Origin: Gemmatimonadales bacterium
GTDB lineage: Bacteria > Gemmatimonadota > Gemmatimonadetes > Gemmatimonadales > GWC2-71-9
DNA: 64,000 bases
Reading direction: 5' to 3'
Assembly: GCA_965249575.1 (NCBI GenBank)
Contig: OZ252244.1
Span: forward strand, 1-64,000
Shown here piece after piece: positions 40,333 through 50,691 of the stretch. The notes under the pieces are model-generated. The model made no database searches. It had not been told where the DNA came from and saw nothing but the letters and a program-made list of their open reading frames with translations. Position numbers and translations under genes: made by a program. The first letter of the stretch is position 1, and each line of letters begins with the position of its first letter.

Positions 40333-42909
40333 TCACTGAGCGACCGCCGGTGTGAGTCCCAGGAGTCGGCGGATCCGATCGTACGCCCGTCCAAAGGCCG
40401 ACCAATCCCCCACCCGCCGCGCCTCATCCAGGCGCTCGAACCAGCGCCGGAGCGCCGTCAGCGTCGTCGGTCCCAGGTCAACAGCTGGCGGCGACGCCAC
40501 CCGAGCGCCGCGGATCGCGTCGGCAAGGGTGCCGCCACGACTGACGGTCCCGCCCCACCGTACGACGACGTCGCGCAGTCGGGGGACCCCGTCGTCGGTC
40601 GCGTACGCGGCCTGCATCGCAAACACCCCGGTCTCGAACACCACCGTCCGCAACGCGCCAATCACTCCCACGGAGGGTGAGTGGACGTCCGCGAGACGAG
40701 TGACGACCTCTCCCGTGCTCGCGACTTCCAGGGGTGGCGTCAGCCGCTCGATCTGCAGCCGTGGTGCTCCCTCACGCACACTCCCGTGTACCATTGCCGT
40801 GAGGCGTGACCCCTGATCGACCAGAGGAGCCATGAGGCGCAGCCGCGAGACGGGGTCGCCCCCCGACGGACCGAGCCACGACACCGGTTGCGGCTGCTCG
40901 ATCGAGCTGCGGCGCCGGACGGCGGAGAGAAAACGAGTGCTGCGGGCCAGCGGCTCGGCCGTGAGCGTGTCCGCAAGCAACGCGACTTGCCGGCGGAACC
41001 ACGGCTCGGGATAGCCGAGCCGTGTGACGATCTCGGGGGGCAGCTCGTCCGCTGGCCGGACGAGGTCTGGAGCCAGTCGCGCCCAGGCGGCCGCCAGCGG
41101 ACCCGGATTGGATGTCAGATACACAGCCGTCGTTCCGGAGTGGGCATCAACGACCCCAACGAGGCTCGCGTGGAGGTACCGCACCGTCCGGCCACGCCAC
41201 ACCACACCTCGTGCGAGCGGAAAGGCCTCCCCAGACAGGTAGCCACTCGCCACCCATTGCAGCCGCCCGCCGACAAGAATCGCCTGCGGCTGGTCGAAGG
41301 AGGCAAATGGGGCGAATCGCTCGAGCCGTTGCGTGATGGCACGGTGCCACAACACGACGGACGCATCGTCCACCGCCGGCGACGTGAGCAGCCTCGGACT
41401 CTGGAGCACCCAAGCCAGGGCCAGTCGCCGGGGAGTGCCGCCCGCGACTACACCTGCGTACGCCCTCCTTCCGGGCGATACGATTGCGAAATCCCTCGTC
41501 TCCGGTCCAAAGACGATGCGCGGATCGTCGAGGGCGACGTCGGCGAGCCCCAGCGTCGCCGAGTCCGGGGCCGCGAGGTCAGGCACGAAGAGCGGGAGCC
41601 CATCGTCCCCCGCGCGATGGGCCGTGACCGCAACGACCCCCATGGCGAAGCTGTACGGCGCAACGTGGACGCGATCCCACGACATGTCGCGCTCCGACCG
41701 GCGCGCCCCCTCGAGGTCCAATCGGCGCGCGGCGACGTACAACGGCACCTGTCGTCCTTCACGGGTCGGATACACGGACATGCGTACGTCATCGAACCGA
41801 TAGTGAGGTTGAATGCGAGCAACAGAATTGAGGACGGCGGTAACGGCCGATTCGTCCCAGATGGGAACCGTCTCCAGGCTCGGTGCCAGGTCGGACAGAT
41901 CGGACACGTCCGGCTGAGCGGGGGGGCTCAGGACCGTATCGAGCGTGGCGAGCCCGAACGCCATCCGTGTGAAGTCGCGGCGATCACGCACCAGCACATC
42001 GACCTCCCGCCCCTCGGGCGTCCGGAGCGCGGCCATGAACGGCGGCGCGAGGAAATGTCCGACCACGGAGGCCGCCATCAGCGCCGACCAGGCCGTGATC
42101 ACCGGCACCGCCCGACTCATCCAGAGCCAAAGGACCCCGGCGGCCGATGCAAGAAGGGCGAGCACCATCGAGAATCTCGCAACTGGAATCCGCACATCCA
42201 CCATGATCGAATCGTACGGCACTTCGTGAATTCCGCCGACGTACTCGGCTGGCTCCAGGCGGTATCCCCAAAACAGCACCAAGCCCAGCACGACCAGCAG
42301 CCCGGCGATATGCATCCGGGCGAGATCGGCGACGCGGAGTTGCCGGTCTGTCCACTGGACCGCCCCAACCGCCATATAGAGAAGGGTGCACACGATCGTC
42401 ATCGTGCCTGCGAGTCGCAGCGCAAACCCGTGCAGGGTTCGCTGCCAGGGGAGCTCGACGAGGTAGTACGACGCGTCACGGCCCAAGATAGGATCGGCTA
42501 GGCCCGTGGCTGCCACCCCTTCCAACAGCGCCCTCGCCTGCCACCACTCGCCGCTGTTGTAACTCGTGAGACCCGCGATGATCAGGCCGAGAGCAGCCGC
42601 ACCCAGAAGGAGGTAGCGCCGCGGCACCGCCTCGACGATTTCGATGTTGCCAACCCGGCGGGGGACGCGCACGGAGCCTATCGATCGATAGAACAGATAC
42701 AAGTTCCCTACGCACCAGATCGCGGCTGTCGACAACGCGACGCCGAGCAGCGTGCTGCGCAAGTCACGAATCGCGTCGTGACCGGCGCCCACGCCCAGCG
42801 CCTCCGCCCACAGACGGTCAGCGGTGGCCGTTGCCAGCCAGCGCCCGATAAACAGAAGCGCGAGCGCTGCGCCAATCGTCGCCCGCACCCAGCTCCGACG
42901 CGACATCAT
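40333..42909 (-). CDS. UPF0182-family membrane protein (divergent)
   Basis: DP.LGRD.SYY..ELP, TR.AFGL, P.WD, R...FAPF, VDAHSG, C-terminal GDW.AFG. Confidence 0.75.
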   Translation of the reverse strand: MMSRRSWVRATIGAALALLFIGRWLATATADRLWAEALGVGAGHDAIRDLRSTLLGVALSTAAIWCVGNLYLFYRSIGSVRVPRRVGNIEIVEAVPRRYLLLGAAALGLIIAGLTSYNSGEWWQARALLEGVAATGLADPILGRDASYYLVELPWQRTLHGFALRLAGTMTIVCTLLYMAVGAVQWTDRQLRVADLARMHIAGLLVVLGLVLFWGYRLEPAEYVGGIHEVPYDSIMVDVRIPVARFSMVLALLASAAGVLWLWMSRAVPVITAWSALMAASVVGHFLAPPFMAALRTPEGREVDVLVRDRRDFTRMAFGLATLDTVLSPPAQPDVSDLSDLAPSLETVPIWDESAVTAVLNSVARIQPHYRFDDVRMSVYPTREGRQVPLYVAARRLDLEGARRSERDMSWDRVHVAPYSFAMGVVAVTAHRAGDDGLPLFVPDLAAPDSATLGLADVALDDPRIVFGPETRDFAIVSPGRRAYAGVVAGGTPRRLALAWVLQSPRLLTSPAVDDASVVLWHRAITQRLERFAPFASFDQPQAILVGGRLQWVASGYLSGEAFPLARGVVWRGRTVRYLHASLVGVVDAHSGTTAVYLTSNPGPLAAAWARLAPDLVRPADELPPEIVTRLGYPEPWFRRQVALLADTLTAEPLARSTRFLSAVRRRSSIEQPQPVSWLGPSGGDPVSRLRLMAPLVDQGSRLTAMVHGSVREGAPRLQIERLTPPLEVASTGEVVTRLADVHSPSVGVIGALRTVVFETGVFAMQAAYATDDGVPRLRDVVVRWGGTVSRGGTLADAIRGARVASPPAVDLGPTTLTALRRWFERLDEARRVGDWSAFGRAYDRIRRLLGLTPAVAQ

Positions 42910-42913
42910 GGCC

Positions 42914-44287
42914 TCAAACGACCACTCCGCGTTCCCGAAGCCACGACTCCACCTCGTCGCGGTAGGCTTCGAGATCGGCCGAAGACCCCGCCTCGAACCG
43001 CAGCACAATCACCGGTTGAGTATTCGATGCCCGGAGCAGCCCCCACCCGTTGGGAAAAGCGATGCGGACGCCATCCAGCGTTAGGACCTCGTATCGGCTG
43101 GCGAATTCCTTCGCGGCGTCTCTGACCAGGTCGAACTTCACCTCGTCCGGACAATCCACCCGCAATTCCGGCGTGGTTTCAGTATGCGGAAGGTCGGCCA
43201 GCAGGTGAGAAAGGGGCCCGGGCTGGGTGGCCACATAGGCCAACAGCCGAGCCGCAGCGAACAGCGCGTCGTCGAATCCGTAGTAATCGCCGGCGAAGAA
43301 CATGTGCCCGCTCATCTCGCCGGCAAGGGGCGCGCCGAGCTCCTGCATCTTGGCTTTGATCAGCGAGTGCCCCGTCTTCCAGATGACGGGCTCCAGCCCA
43401 GCTCGAGCCAACTCGGTTCGCAGTACTTCGGAACATTTGACGTCGAATATCACCGAGTGACCCCGACCAATTCGCCGCACGAGATCCCGACCAAACAGCA
43501 CGAGTAGCTGATCGCCGTAGACCACGCGGCCTTGCTCGTCGACCGCGCCGATCCGATCGGCGTCACCGTCGAACGCGATGCCCAGATCGGCTCCGGTACG
43601 CCGCACACTCTCCTGAAGTTCAGCGAGATTCTCCGGCACCGTCGGATCGGGATGGTGATTCGGAAACGTGCCGTCCGACACACAGAACAGCGGCACCACG
43701 TCGGCGCCGAGCTTGGTCAAGAGCGGCTCGGCCACCAGGCTCCCGACACCGTTCCCGCAGTCGACCACTACCTTGACCGGGCGGAGGAGTGGGCCGTTTC
43801 TGCTCAGCACGGCCTCCATGTACCCAGTCAGGACGTTTGGCTCTTTTTCGATCGCGCCAGTACCCGCGTCGCCCGAGTCCGCTTCGATGATGTGCCGAAG
43901 CCCCTGTATGTCGTCGCCGTGCAGCGTCTTTCCGCCGACCACCATCTTGAAGCCGTTGAACTCGGGCGGATTGTGTGATCCGGTGACCTGGATTCCGCCG
44001 TCGACCGAGGGGTCCTCGAGTGCGAAATAGAGCGCCGGGGTCGGGAGCATCCCTACATCCACCGCGGTCCCACCGGCAGCCGCCACCCCCTCCCGAACCG
44101 CGCTCGCGAGGCGTTCGCCGGAGGGTCGGTTGTCGCGCCCGATCGCCAGCCTCGGGCGATGTCCTAACCGTTTCCGTGCCTCCGTCGCCACGGCTCGACC
44201 GACGGCGTGCGCGAGATCCGGACGGAGTTGTTCGTCGACAACGCCCCGAATGTCGTATTGGCGAAAGACAACTGATGGAACGTGCAC
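42914..44287 (-). CDS. Phosphomannomutase/phosphoglucomutase (AlgC type)
   Basis: FRQYDIRG, TGSHNP, FPNHHPDP, DGDADR, GEMSGH, RASNTQP. Confidence 0.94.
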   Translation of the reverse strand: MHVPSVVFRQYDIRGVVDEQLRPDLAHAVGRAVATEARKRLGHRPRLAIGRDNRPSGERLASAVREGVAAAGGTAVDVGMLPTPALYFALEDPSVDGGIQVTGSHNPPEFNGFKMVVGGKTLHGDDIQGLRHIIEADSGDAGTGAIEKEPNVLTGYMEAVLSRNGPLLRPVKVVVDCGNGVGSLVAEPLLTKLGADVVPLFCVSDGTFPNHHPDPTVPENLAELQESVRRTGADLGIAFDGDADRIGAVDEQGRVVYGDQLLVLFGRDLVRRIGRGHSVIFDVKCSEVLRTELARAGLEPVIWKTGHSLIKAKMQELGAPLAGEMSGHMFFAGDYYGFDDALFAAARLLAYVATQPGPLSHLLADLPHTETTPELRVDCPDEVKFDLVRDAAKEFASRYEVLTLDGVRIAFPNGWGLLRASNTQPVIVLRFEAGSSADLEAYRDEVESWLRERGVVV

Positions 44288-44314
44288 GGCCTCTCCGCGG
44301 GACGAGCTGGCCCG

Positions 44315-45829
44315 TTACTCGCCGAGCGAGTAAGTAGCGGCCGGGAGGAGCGCCTCGCCACCAGCCTGTGCGATGTCGAGAACGCGGTTCGGCCAGACGC
44401 CGAACAGAAGAAGGAGCAGCGTGGCGGACGCCACCACCATGCGGGCAGCACCGGCGACGCTGACTCCGTCATGCGCGGTCGTCGAGGCGGGGGCCTTCAT
44501 GTACATCGCCATGACGACTGGCAGGTAATAGCCGGCGGACACAACGCTACCCGCAACCAAGACGACACCGAGAGACCCCTGCCCCGCCTCGATGAGGGCC
44601 GAGAGGATCGCCCACTTTCCGATGAAGCCCGCGGTCCCGGGGAAGCCCAGCAGTGATAGCATGAACACGGCCATCGCGAACGCGACCCATGGACGGCGCG
44701 AGGCGAGGCCGCTCAAGTCGTCGATCATGACATCGCGCTCTCCCTCGGACCCCATCGCCGCCAGCACTGCGAAGGCCCCTAGCGTCATCAGGGCATAGGC
44801 CAGCACGTAGAATAGAAACGCCGACGCGCCAAGGTCCGTACCGCTCGCCACGGCGGCCAGAAGGTATCCCGTGTGTCCGATAGAGCTGTACGCCAACATT
44901 CGTTTGAGGTGCCGCTGGGCGAGCGCGATGAGATTCCCGGCGATTATGGTGACGGTAGCCAACCACCAGACGGCCTCTTGCCAGATCGGCGCCGTCCCAC
45001 CGAGGGCATGAACGAGGATTCGTATGAGGGCGGCAAACCCTGCGGCCTTCACGGCTGCGGCCATGTATGCGGTGACCGGGGTCGGCGCTCCATCGTAGAC
45101 GTCCGGCGCCCACATGTGGAACGGTACCGCGGCCACCTTGAAGGCGAACCCCACCAGCAGCAAACCGACACCTGCGAGTAGCATCTTGTTGCTACTCAGC
45201 TCGAGGGCGGAGATCTGAAAGTCGATGAGCGTCAGGTTCGTCGTACCGGTCGCACCGTAGATGAGTGCCACGCCATACAACAGGAAGCCCGATGCGAACG
45301 CGCCGAGCAAGAAGTATTTCAGCGCGGCCTCCGCAGCGGCGGGGCTCCGCCGGTCGAAACCAGCGAGCACGTAGATCGAGACCGATAGCAGTTCGAGTCC
45401 GAGGAAGATGACGACCAAGTCGGCGCCGCTCACCATGAACAACCCACCCACCGTGGCCAAGATCAGCAGGACGTAGTATTCCGGTGCCCAGATCCGCTCG
45501 CGCCCGAGATAGCCAAGGGACAGCAGCACGGTGAGAATGGCGCCGAGCAACACCACCAGCGAAGCCGCGAAACGGAACGCGTCCAGCGCGATCATGATCG
45601 CGAGACCGCTGGGTCGAGCCTCCTGCACCCACAGCCACAGGAGAGCGAGCAACGCGCTGGCGAGGGCCACCAGCGCCAGCTGACCCATTCGTCGCTGGTT
45701 GTCGGGTCCCTGGTTCCGCCAGCCGGCGACGGCCGTGAGCACGAGGGCCCACGCACTCAGGATCAGCTCCGGCAACAGCGCGAGCGTCATCCCACCGGCC
45801 GACGCGAGATCAACGTCCATCGGCGTCAC
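44315..45829 (-). CDS. nuoN: NADH-quinone oxidoreductase subunit N
   Basis: EAALKYFLLG, FKVAAVPFHMWAPDVYDGAP, KRMLAYSSIGH. Confidence 0.96.
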   Translation of the reverse strand: MTPMDVDLASAGGMTLALLPELILSAWALVLTAVAGWRNQGPDNQRRMGQLALVALASALLALLWLWVQEARPSGLAIMIALDAFRFAASLVVLLGAILTVLLSLGYLGRERIWAPEYYVLLILATVGGLFMVSGADLVVIFLGLELLSVSIYVLAGFDRRSPAAAEAALKYFLLGAFASGFLLYGVALIYGATGTTNLTLIDFQISALELSSNKMLLAGVGLLLVGFAFKVAAVPFHMWAPDVYDGAPTPVTAYMAAAVKAAGFAALIRILVHALGGTAPIWQEAVWWLATVTIIAGNLIALAQRHLKRMLAYSSIGHTGYLLAAVASGTDLGASAFLFYVLAYALMTLGAFAVLAAMGSEGERDVMIDDLSGLASRRPWVAFAMAVFMLSLLGFPGTAGFIGKWAILSALIEAGQGSLGVVLVAGSVVSAGYYLPVVMAMYMKAPASTTAHDGVSVAGAARMVVASATLLLLLFGVWPNRVLDIAQAGGEALLPAATYSLGE

Positions 45830-47381
45830 CGAGCCTCATGTCGAGGGTGAGCGCCGCCGCCCCGTTGCCCTGGCGGGCTCGAACATCTTCAACCAGCGCC
45901 GCGGCCGAGGCCTCCACCCGTTTCAGAACAGGCGCGGGGTACAACCCGACCCATAGGATGCACGCGATGAGCGGCCCGAGCACGAGCAGCTCGCGCACGC
46001 CGAGGTCACGCATTTTGGAGTTGTCGGAAGACGTGATCTTGCCGAACAGCATTCGCTCCAACGCCCACAGCAGGTAAGCGGCCGCGAAGATCACCCCAGT
46101 CGTCGCGACGACCGTCGCCCATGGCAGCGTCCCGAACGATCCGACGAGAACGAGAAACTCTCCGATGAAACCGTTCGTTCCGGGGAGGCCAATCGAAGAC
46201 AGAGCGACGAGTACGAGTACGGCGGACAGCGCGGGCACCACCCGGGCGATTCCGCCGAAGTCCGAAATGTCGCGGGTGTGCCGCCGCTCATAGAGCATAC
46301 CCGCAAGAAAGAACAGCGCTCCCGTCGAGATGCCGTGGTTGATCATTATGACAATAGCGCCCTGCACGCTCTGCAACGTCAGGGCCCAAATCCCCAGCAT
46401 CACAAAGCCCAGATGACTCACTGAGGAATAGGCCACGAGTTTCTTGAAATCGGGTTGGACCATCGCGACGAGCGCCCCGTAGATGATCCCGATGACAGCC
46501 AAGGAGACCACCACCGTTCCGACGGTCGGGCTGAGCGCCACTCCCGGAAAAAACGGAACCGCGAACCGCAGGAATCCGTAGGTCCCCATCTTGAGAAGGA
46601 TACCGGCGAGAATCACTGACCCCGCGGTTGGCGCCTCCACGTGCGCGTCGGGAAGCCAGGTGTGGAACGGGAACATCGGTACCTTGATCGCGAAGGCCAA
46701 GAAGAAGGCACCGAACAGCCAAAAGGCCCACCGGTCAGCCGCCCCCACATTCTCGAGCAGGTGGCCGTACGCAAACGAGTACACCCCAGTAGCCTCACCG
46801 ACGAGGTAATAGATCGTCAGGATCGCGACCAGCATCAGGAGTGAACCGATGAACGTGTAGATGAAGAACTTGATGGCCGCGTAGAGCCGCCGACCGCCGC
46901 CCCAGACCCCGATGATGAAGTACATCGGAATCAGCATTACTTCCCAGAACACATAGAACAGAAACAGATCGAGCGCTACGAACACACCGAGCATTCCGGT
47001 GGTCAGCACGAGCAACAAAGCGTAGTATGGCGCCTCGCGATCCTTGATGTAGCTCCAGCTACCGAGCACCGCCAACGGCATGGTGAACGTCGTGAGCAGC
47101 ACCATGAATAACGAGATGCCATCGACCCCCACGTGGTACGCGATTCCCCACGCGGGAATCCACGCATGTAGGCTTTCGAACTGCATCTCTGCCGTGCCGG
47201 GGATGAACGCCCACCACAGACCCGCAGAGAGGACGAACTCCAGCAGCGCACCGGCCAGGGCGACGTGTTTGATCGAGCGCGCCGGTGCGAACATCACCAC
47301 CAACCCACCCAGCAGCGGCACGACCAACAACAGATCCAAGACCCAGCTGCCGTATCCGATACTGGCCAGAAACACCGTCAT
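45810..47381 (-). CDS. nuoM: NADH-quinone oxidoreductase subunit M
   Basis: FWE.MLIPMY, KVPMFPFHTWLPDAHVEAPT, AYSSVSH. Confidence 0.96.
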   Translation of the reverse strand: MTVFLASIGYGSWVLDLLLVVPLLGGLVVMFAPARSIKHVALAGALLEFVLSAGLWWAFIPGTAEMQFESLHAWIPAWGIAYHVGVDGISLFMVLLTTFTMPLAVLGSWSYIKDREAPYYALLLVLTTGMLGVFVALDLFLFYVFWEVMLIPMYFIIGVWGGGRRLYAAIKFFIYTFIGSLLMLVAILTIYYLVGEATGVYSFAYGHLLENVGAADRWAFWLFGAFFLAFAIKVPMFPFHTWLPDAHVEAPTAGSVILAGILLKMGTYGFLRFAVPFFPGVALSPTVGTVVVSLAVIGIIYGALVAMVQPDFKKLVAYSSVSHLGFVMLGIWALTLQSVQGAIVIMINHGISTGALFFLAGMLYERRHTRDISDFGGIARVVPALSAVLVLVALSSIGLPGTNGFIGEFLVLVGSFGTLPWATVVATTGVIFAAAYLLWALERMLFGKITSSDNSKMRDLGVRELLVLGPLIACILWVGLYPAPVLKRVEASAAALVEDVRARQGNGAAALTLDMRLGDADGR

Positions 47382-47391
47382 CGACAGGGGC

Positions 47392-49362
47392 TCATCGTGT
47401 CATCGCGCGCAGCACCGCCCACACGCCGACGACGAAAAAGAAGACGTACGCGCCGACCTGACCGGTCTGTAATCGGCTGCCGAGCCACCCGGCAAACCGG
47501 CTGAATCGCGCGGCTCCGTTGACACCCAGCTCGTCAATGAGGCCCGCGTCGATGCTCTTCCACAGGACGCGCCGAGACAGCCAGATCAACGGGCGCACGA
47601 CGAGCGCATCGTACACCTCGTCGATCCAGTATCGATTGGATAGGATCCGCTGGAGGCCCCGCTCCACCGGCGATTGCCGCGCCGGCAGCAGATCGCCTGG
47701 TGAAAGGATACGGACGGCTCCAAAAATGCCGGCCGCGGCGATTACAGTGGCGAGCCCTAACAGCGCCCATTCCGTTCCGGCAGCGGGGTGCGACTCCGGG
47801 AGGTACTGCGCGCCGAGGGCCATCACGGGCGCCAGCCAGTGCTCGAGCCACCCGCTCCCCGGGAGTACGTGGGGAAGGTTCAACCCGCCCGCAAGCACCG
47901 AGCCGACACCCAGCAAAACGAGCGGTCCGGTCATGACCCACGGGGCTTCATGCAGGTGCGGTCGCTCGTCCTCGCCGGTGCGGTTCGGCCCGTGGAACGT
48001 GTACAACATGAGCCGGGTCATGTAGAACGCCGTGAGCAACGCCGCGACCAACCCGAGACCCCAAAACACGTAGTAGACGGGCGCGTCGTGCTGCGCCCGG
48101 GCGAACGTCCGCGCGAGGATTTCGTCCTTCGAGAAGAACCCGGAAAACCCTGGGACCCCCGCAATGGCGAACGTCGCAATCCACATGAGCCCCCAAGTCC
48201 ACGGCATGGGCATCTTCAGACCACCCATGTTGCGCATGTCCTGGGCGTCTTCATGACGGTGCGTGGAATGGTAGGCGGCGTGCAGTGCGTGGATTACGCT
48301 GCCGGCTCCCAGGAAGAGCAACGCCTTGAAGAAAGCGTGCGTGACGAGATGGAAGATGCCCGCTGTGTATGCCCCAACCCCGACACCGACGAACATGTAC
48401 CCCAATTGCGACACGGTGGAGTACGCCAGTACCTTCTTGATGTCCCACTGCTTCAGCGCGATCGTCGCGGCGAAGAGCGCTGTGAGCGCACCAACCCCGG
48501 CCACAACCGCACTCGAAACTGGCGCCATGGCGAACAGCACGTTCGCTCTTGCGATCAGGTACACTCCCCCCGTCACCATCGTCGCGGCGTGAATCAGGGC
48601 CGACACTGGCGTCGGTCCCGCCATGGCGTCCGGAAGCCACGTATACAGCGGAATCTGGGCCGACTTTCCGGTGCAACCCAGAAACAGGGCGAGTGTAGTG
48701 AGTGTGATCGTCGCCCCCCCGATCGCGAATACCGAGGGTGCCCGGTCGAACACCTCGACAAATGCAAGTGAACCGGTGTACTCGTAAACGACGAACATCG
48801 CGACCAGGAAACCGAAATCGCCGATGCGGTTCATGATGAACGCCTTCTTCCCCGCCGCCGCGTTCGCCTCCTCGGTAAACCAAAAGCCGATCAGGAGATA
48901 GCTACAGAGGCCGACGCCCTCCCACCCGACAAACATCACCGGGAAATTCGCACCCAGCACCAGCACCAACATGAAAAACACGAAGAGATTCAGGTAGGCG
49001 AAATACCGAGCGTAGCCCGCATCGTGCCGCATGTACCCTACGCTGAACACGTGAATCAGCGTCCCGACACCTGTGACGACGAGAAGCATCACACAGGAGA
49101 GTTGATCCACCTGCAGCGCCGCATCGACCTGCAGCGCCCCAACCGGCATCCACTGCCAGTATGTGAAGATCGCCGGCAACGAATCGGGAGCCGCCACCGC
49201 CCCGGCGACCACGGCCACCGCTACGACAAGGGCCGCGCCGAGCGCGCCCACACCGATCACGTTGACGGCCCGTCTTGCGTCCGGCCGGTAAAAGCTCAAC
49301 GCACCGTTCGCGACGAAGCCCGCGAGTGGCAGGAGCACGACCAACCACACCCACTCCATCAC
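47392..49362 (-). CDS. nuoL: NADH-quinone oxidoreductase subunit L
   Basis: GWEGVGLCSYLLIGF, GKSAQIPLYTWLPDAMAGPTPVSALIHAATMV, THAFFKALLF. Confidence 0.97.
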   Translation of the reverse strand: MMEWVWLVVLLPLAGFVANGALSFYRPDARRAVNVIGVGALGAALVVAVAVVAGAVAAPDSLPAIFTYWQWMPVGALQVDAALQVDQLSCVMLLVVTGVGTLIHVFSVGYMRHDAGYARYFAYLNLFVFFMLVLVLGANFPVMFVGWEGVGLCSYLLIGFWFTEEANAAAGKKAFIMNRIGDFGFLVAMFVVYEYTGSLAFVEVFDRAPSVFAIGGATITLTTLALFLGCTGKSAQIPLYTWLPDAMAGPTPVSALIHAATMVTGGVYLIARANVLFAMAPVSSAVVAGVGALTALFAATIALKQWDIKKVLAYSTVSQLGYMFVGVGVGAYTAGIFHLVTHAFFKALLFLGAGSVIHALHAAYHSTHRHEDAQDMRNMGGLKMPMPWTWGLMWIATFAIAGVPGFSGFFSKDEILARTFARAQHDAPVYYVFWGLGLVAALLTAFYMTRLMLYTFHGPNRTGEDERPHLHEAPWVMTGPLVLLGVGSVLAGGLNLPHVLPGSGWLEHWLAPVMALGAQYLPESHPAAGTEWALLGLATVIAAAGIFGAVRILSPGDLLPARQSPVERGLQRILSNRYWIDEVYDALVVRPLIWLSRRVLWKSIDAGLIDELGVNGAARFSRFAGWLGSRLQTGQVGAYVFFFVVGVWAVLRAMTR

Positions 49363-49369
49363 CGGCCGT

Positions 49370-49666
49370 TCACCCTCTCAGCAAATTGAAGCGTTGCAGA
49401 TCTACCGATTCGTTATGGCGGTAGAGAGCGATGATGATCGCGAGCCCGACGGCAGCTTCGGCCGCGGCCACCGCCATCACGAAGAACACGATGACTTGGC
49501 CTTCCGCTCCGAGCTGCTGCGCCAGCGCAATGAACGTGAGATTGACCGCGTTCAGCATGAGCTCCACACACATGAAGATGACGATGACATTGCGTCGGAG
49601 CAGGACCCCGGCCACGCCCAGGCTGAACAGAACGCCCGAAATCACAAGCGAGGGCTCCAGGAGCAC
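49370..49666 (-). CDS. nuoK: NADH-quinone oxidoreductase subunit K
   Basis: RRN....[18 protein letters not shown]. Confidence 0.96.
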   Translation of the reverse strand: MLLEPSLVISGVLFSLGVAGVLLRRNVIVIFMCVELMLNAVNLTFIALAQQLGAEGQVIVFFVMAVAAAEAAVGLAIIIALYRHNESVDLQRFNLLRG

Positions 49667-50181
49667 TAAATCCTCCGTTTGGCCAGCACGACGGACCCAA
49701 CAATGGCAGCCAAGAGCAGCAGTGCCGTGATCTCAAAGGGGATGAGGTAATCGCGGAACAACGGCACCGCGATCACTCGTACGGCGCCCTGTGCGTCGCT
49801 CAACCCTGCCAACGCCCCTGTGGGGAGTCTGATCGCCTCGTCGGGACCGAGCGTGCGAAGCACGAGCAGTTCGGCAACCAGCAGTCCCCCAAGGGCCACC
49901 GCAACGACGCGGCCCGGCCAACCCCGCATGTCCGTCAGGCCGCCCCTGCCCAGGTTGAGTAGCATGATGACGAAGAGAAACAGCACCATGATGGCGCCGG
50001 CGTAGACGACTACTTGGATTACTGCGATGAATTGCGCATCGAGAATCACGAAGAGGCCCGCGATCGCGAAGAGCGCCACGACCAACCACAACGCGCTCGC
50101 CACTGCACTCGCCCGCGTAATACACAGAAACGCCGCGAGGATCGCCACACCGCCAAACACCCAAAACACGCCTTCCAGCAT
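49666..50181 (-). CDS. nuoJ: NADH-quinone oxidoreductase subunit J
   Basis: [27 protein letters not shown]. Confidence 0.95.
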   Translation of the reverse strand: MLEGVFWVFGGVAILAAFLCITRASAVASALWLVVALFAIAGLFVILDAQFIAVIQVVVYAGAIMVLFLFVIMLLNLGRGGLTDMRGWPGRVVAVALGGLLVAELLVLRTLGPDEAIRLPTGALAGLSDAQGAVRVIAVPLFRDYLIPFEITALLLLAAIVGSVVLAKRRI

Positions 50182-50184
50182 CCG

Positions 50185-50691
50185 CTATTCGCCCTTCGGA
50201 TCCGACGGATCCCACAGCGTCGAGACTGCGTGGGTCTGCGCGCAGAGGCGCTCGAGGTCATAGACGAAGCGTCCGCGCTCGTACTCCGCGTTCTCGTAGT
50301 GGGTCCCCACGTGAATGGCCTCTTCCGGACACACCTCCTGGCAATAACCGCAGAATACGCACCGGAACTCGTCGATTTCATAGATGAGCGGGTACCGGTG
50401 TCCCTCTTCGTCCTCCCCGGGGACCAGTTTGATGCAATTGGCGGGGCAAATCTGCGGACACAGCCCGCATGCAACGCACTTGGCGCGTCCCTGCTCATCG
50501 GTCAGCATTCGATGGGTTCCACGCCACCGTGGCGCGAGCTGCCATTCATCCGTCGCTTTGTGCTCCGGATACTGCATGGTCACCTTGGGTCGGAACAGGT
50601 GACTGAACGTGAGGGCCATCCCCTTGAGGGTTGCCCGCAAGTAGCTTACTTCGCGGTCGGGCCTTTGCATGGTTTTGACGCCGATCGCCAT
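50185..50691 (-). CDS. nuoI: NADH-quinone oxidoreductase subunit I
   Basis: CVACGLCPQICP and CVFCGYCQEVCP 2x[4Fe-4S] motifs; ATG at 50691. Confidence 0.95.
   Translation of the reverse strand: MAIGVKTMQRPDREVSYLRATLKGMALTFSHLFRPKVTMQYPEHKATDEWQLAPRWRGTHRMLTDEQGRAKCVACGLCPQICPANCIKLVPGEDEEGHRYPLIYEIDEFRCVFCGYCQEVCPEEAIHVGTHYENAEYERGRFVYDLERLCAQTHAVSTLWDPSDPKGE

Noticed and set aside
40888..42501. 537-aa ORF on the + strand
   Set aside because: Antisense shadow of UPF0182; Arg/His-rich, no motifs, typical of high-GC DNA.
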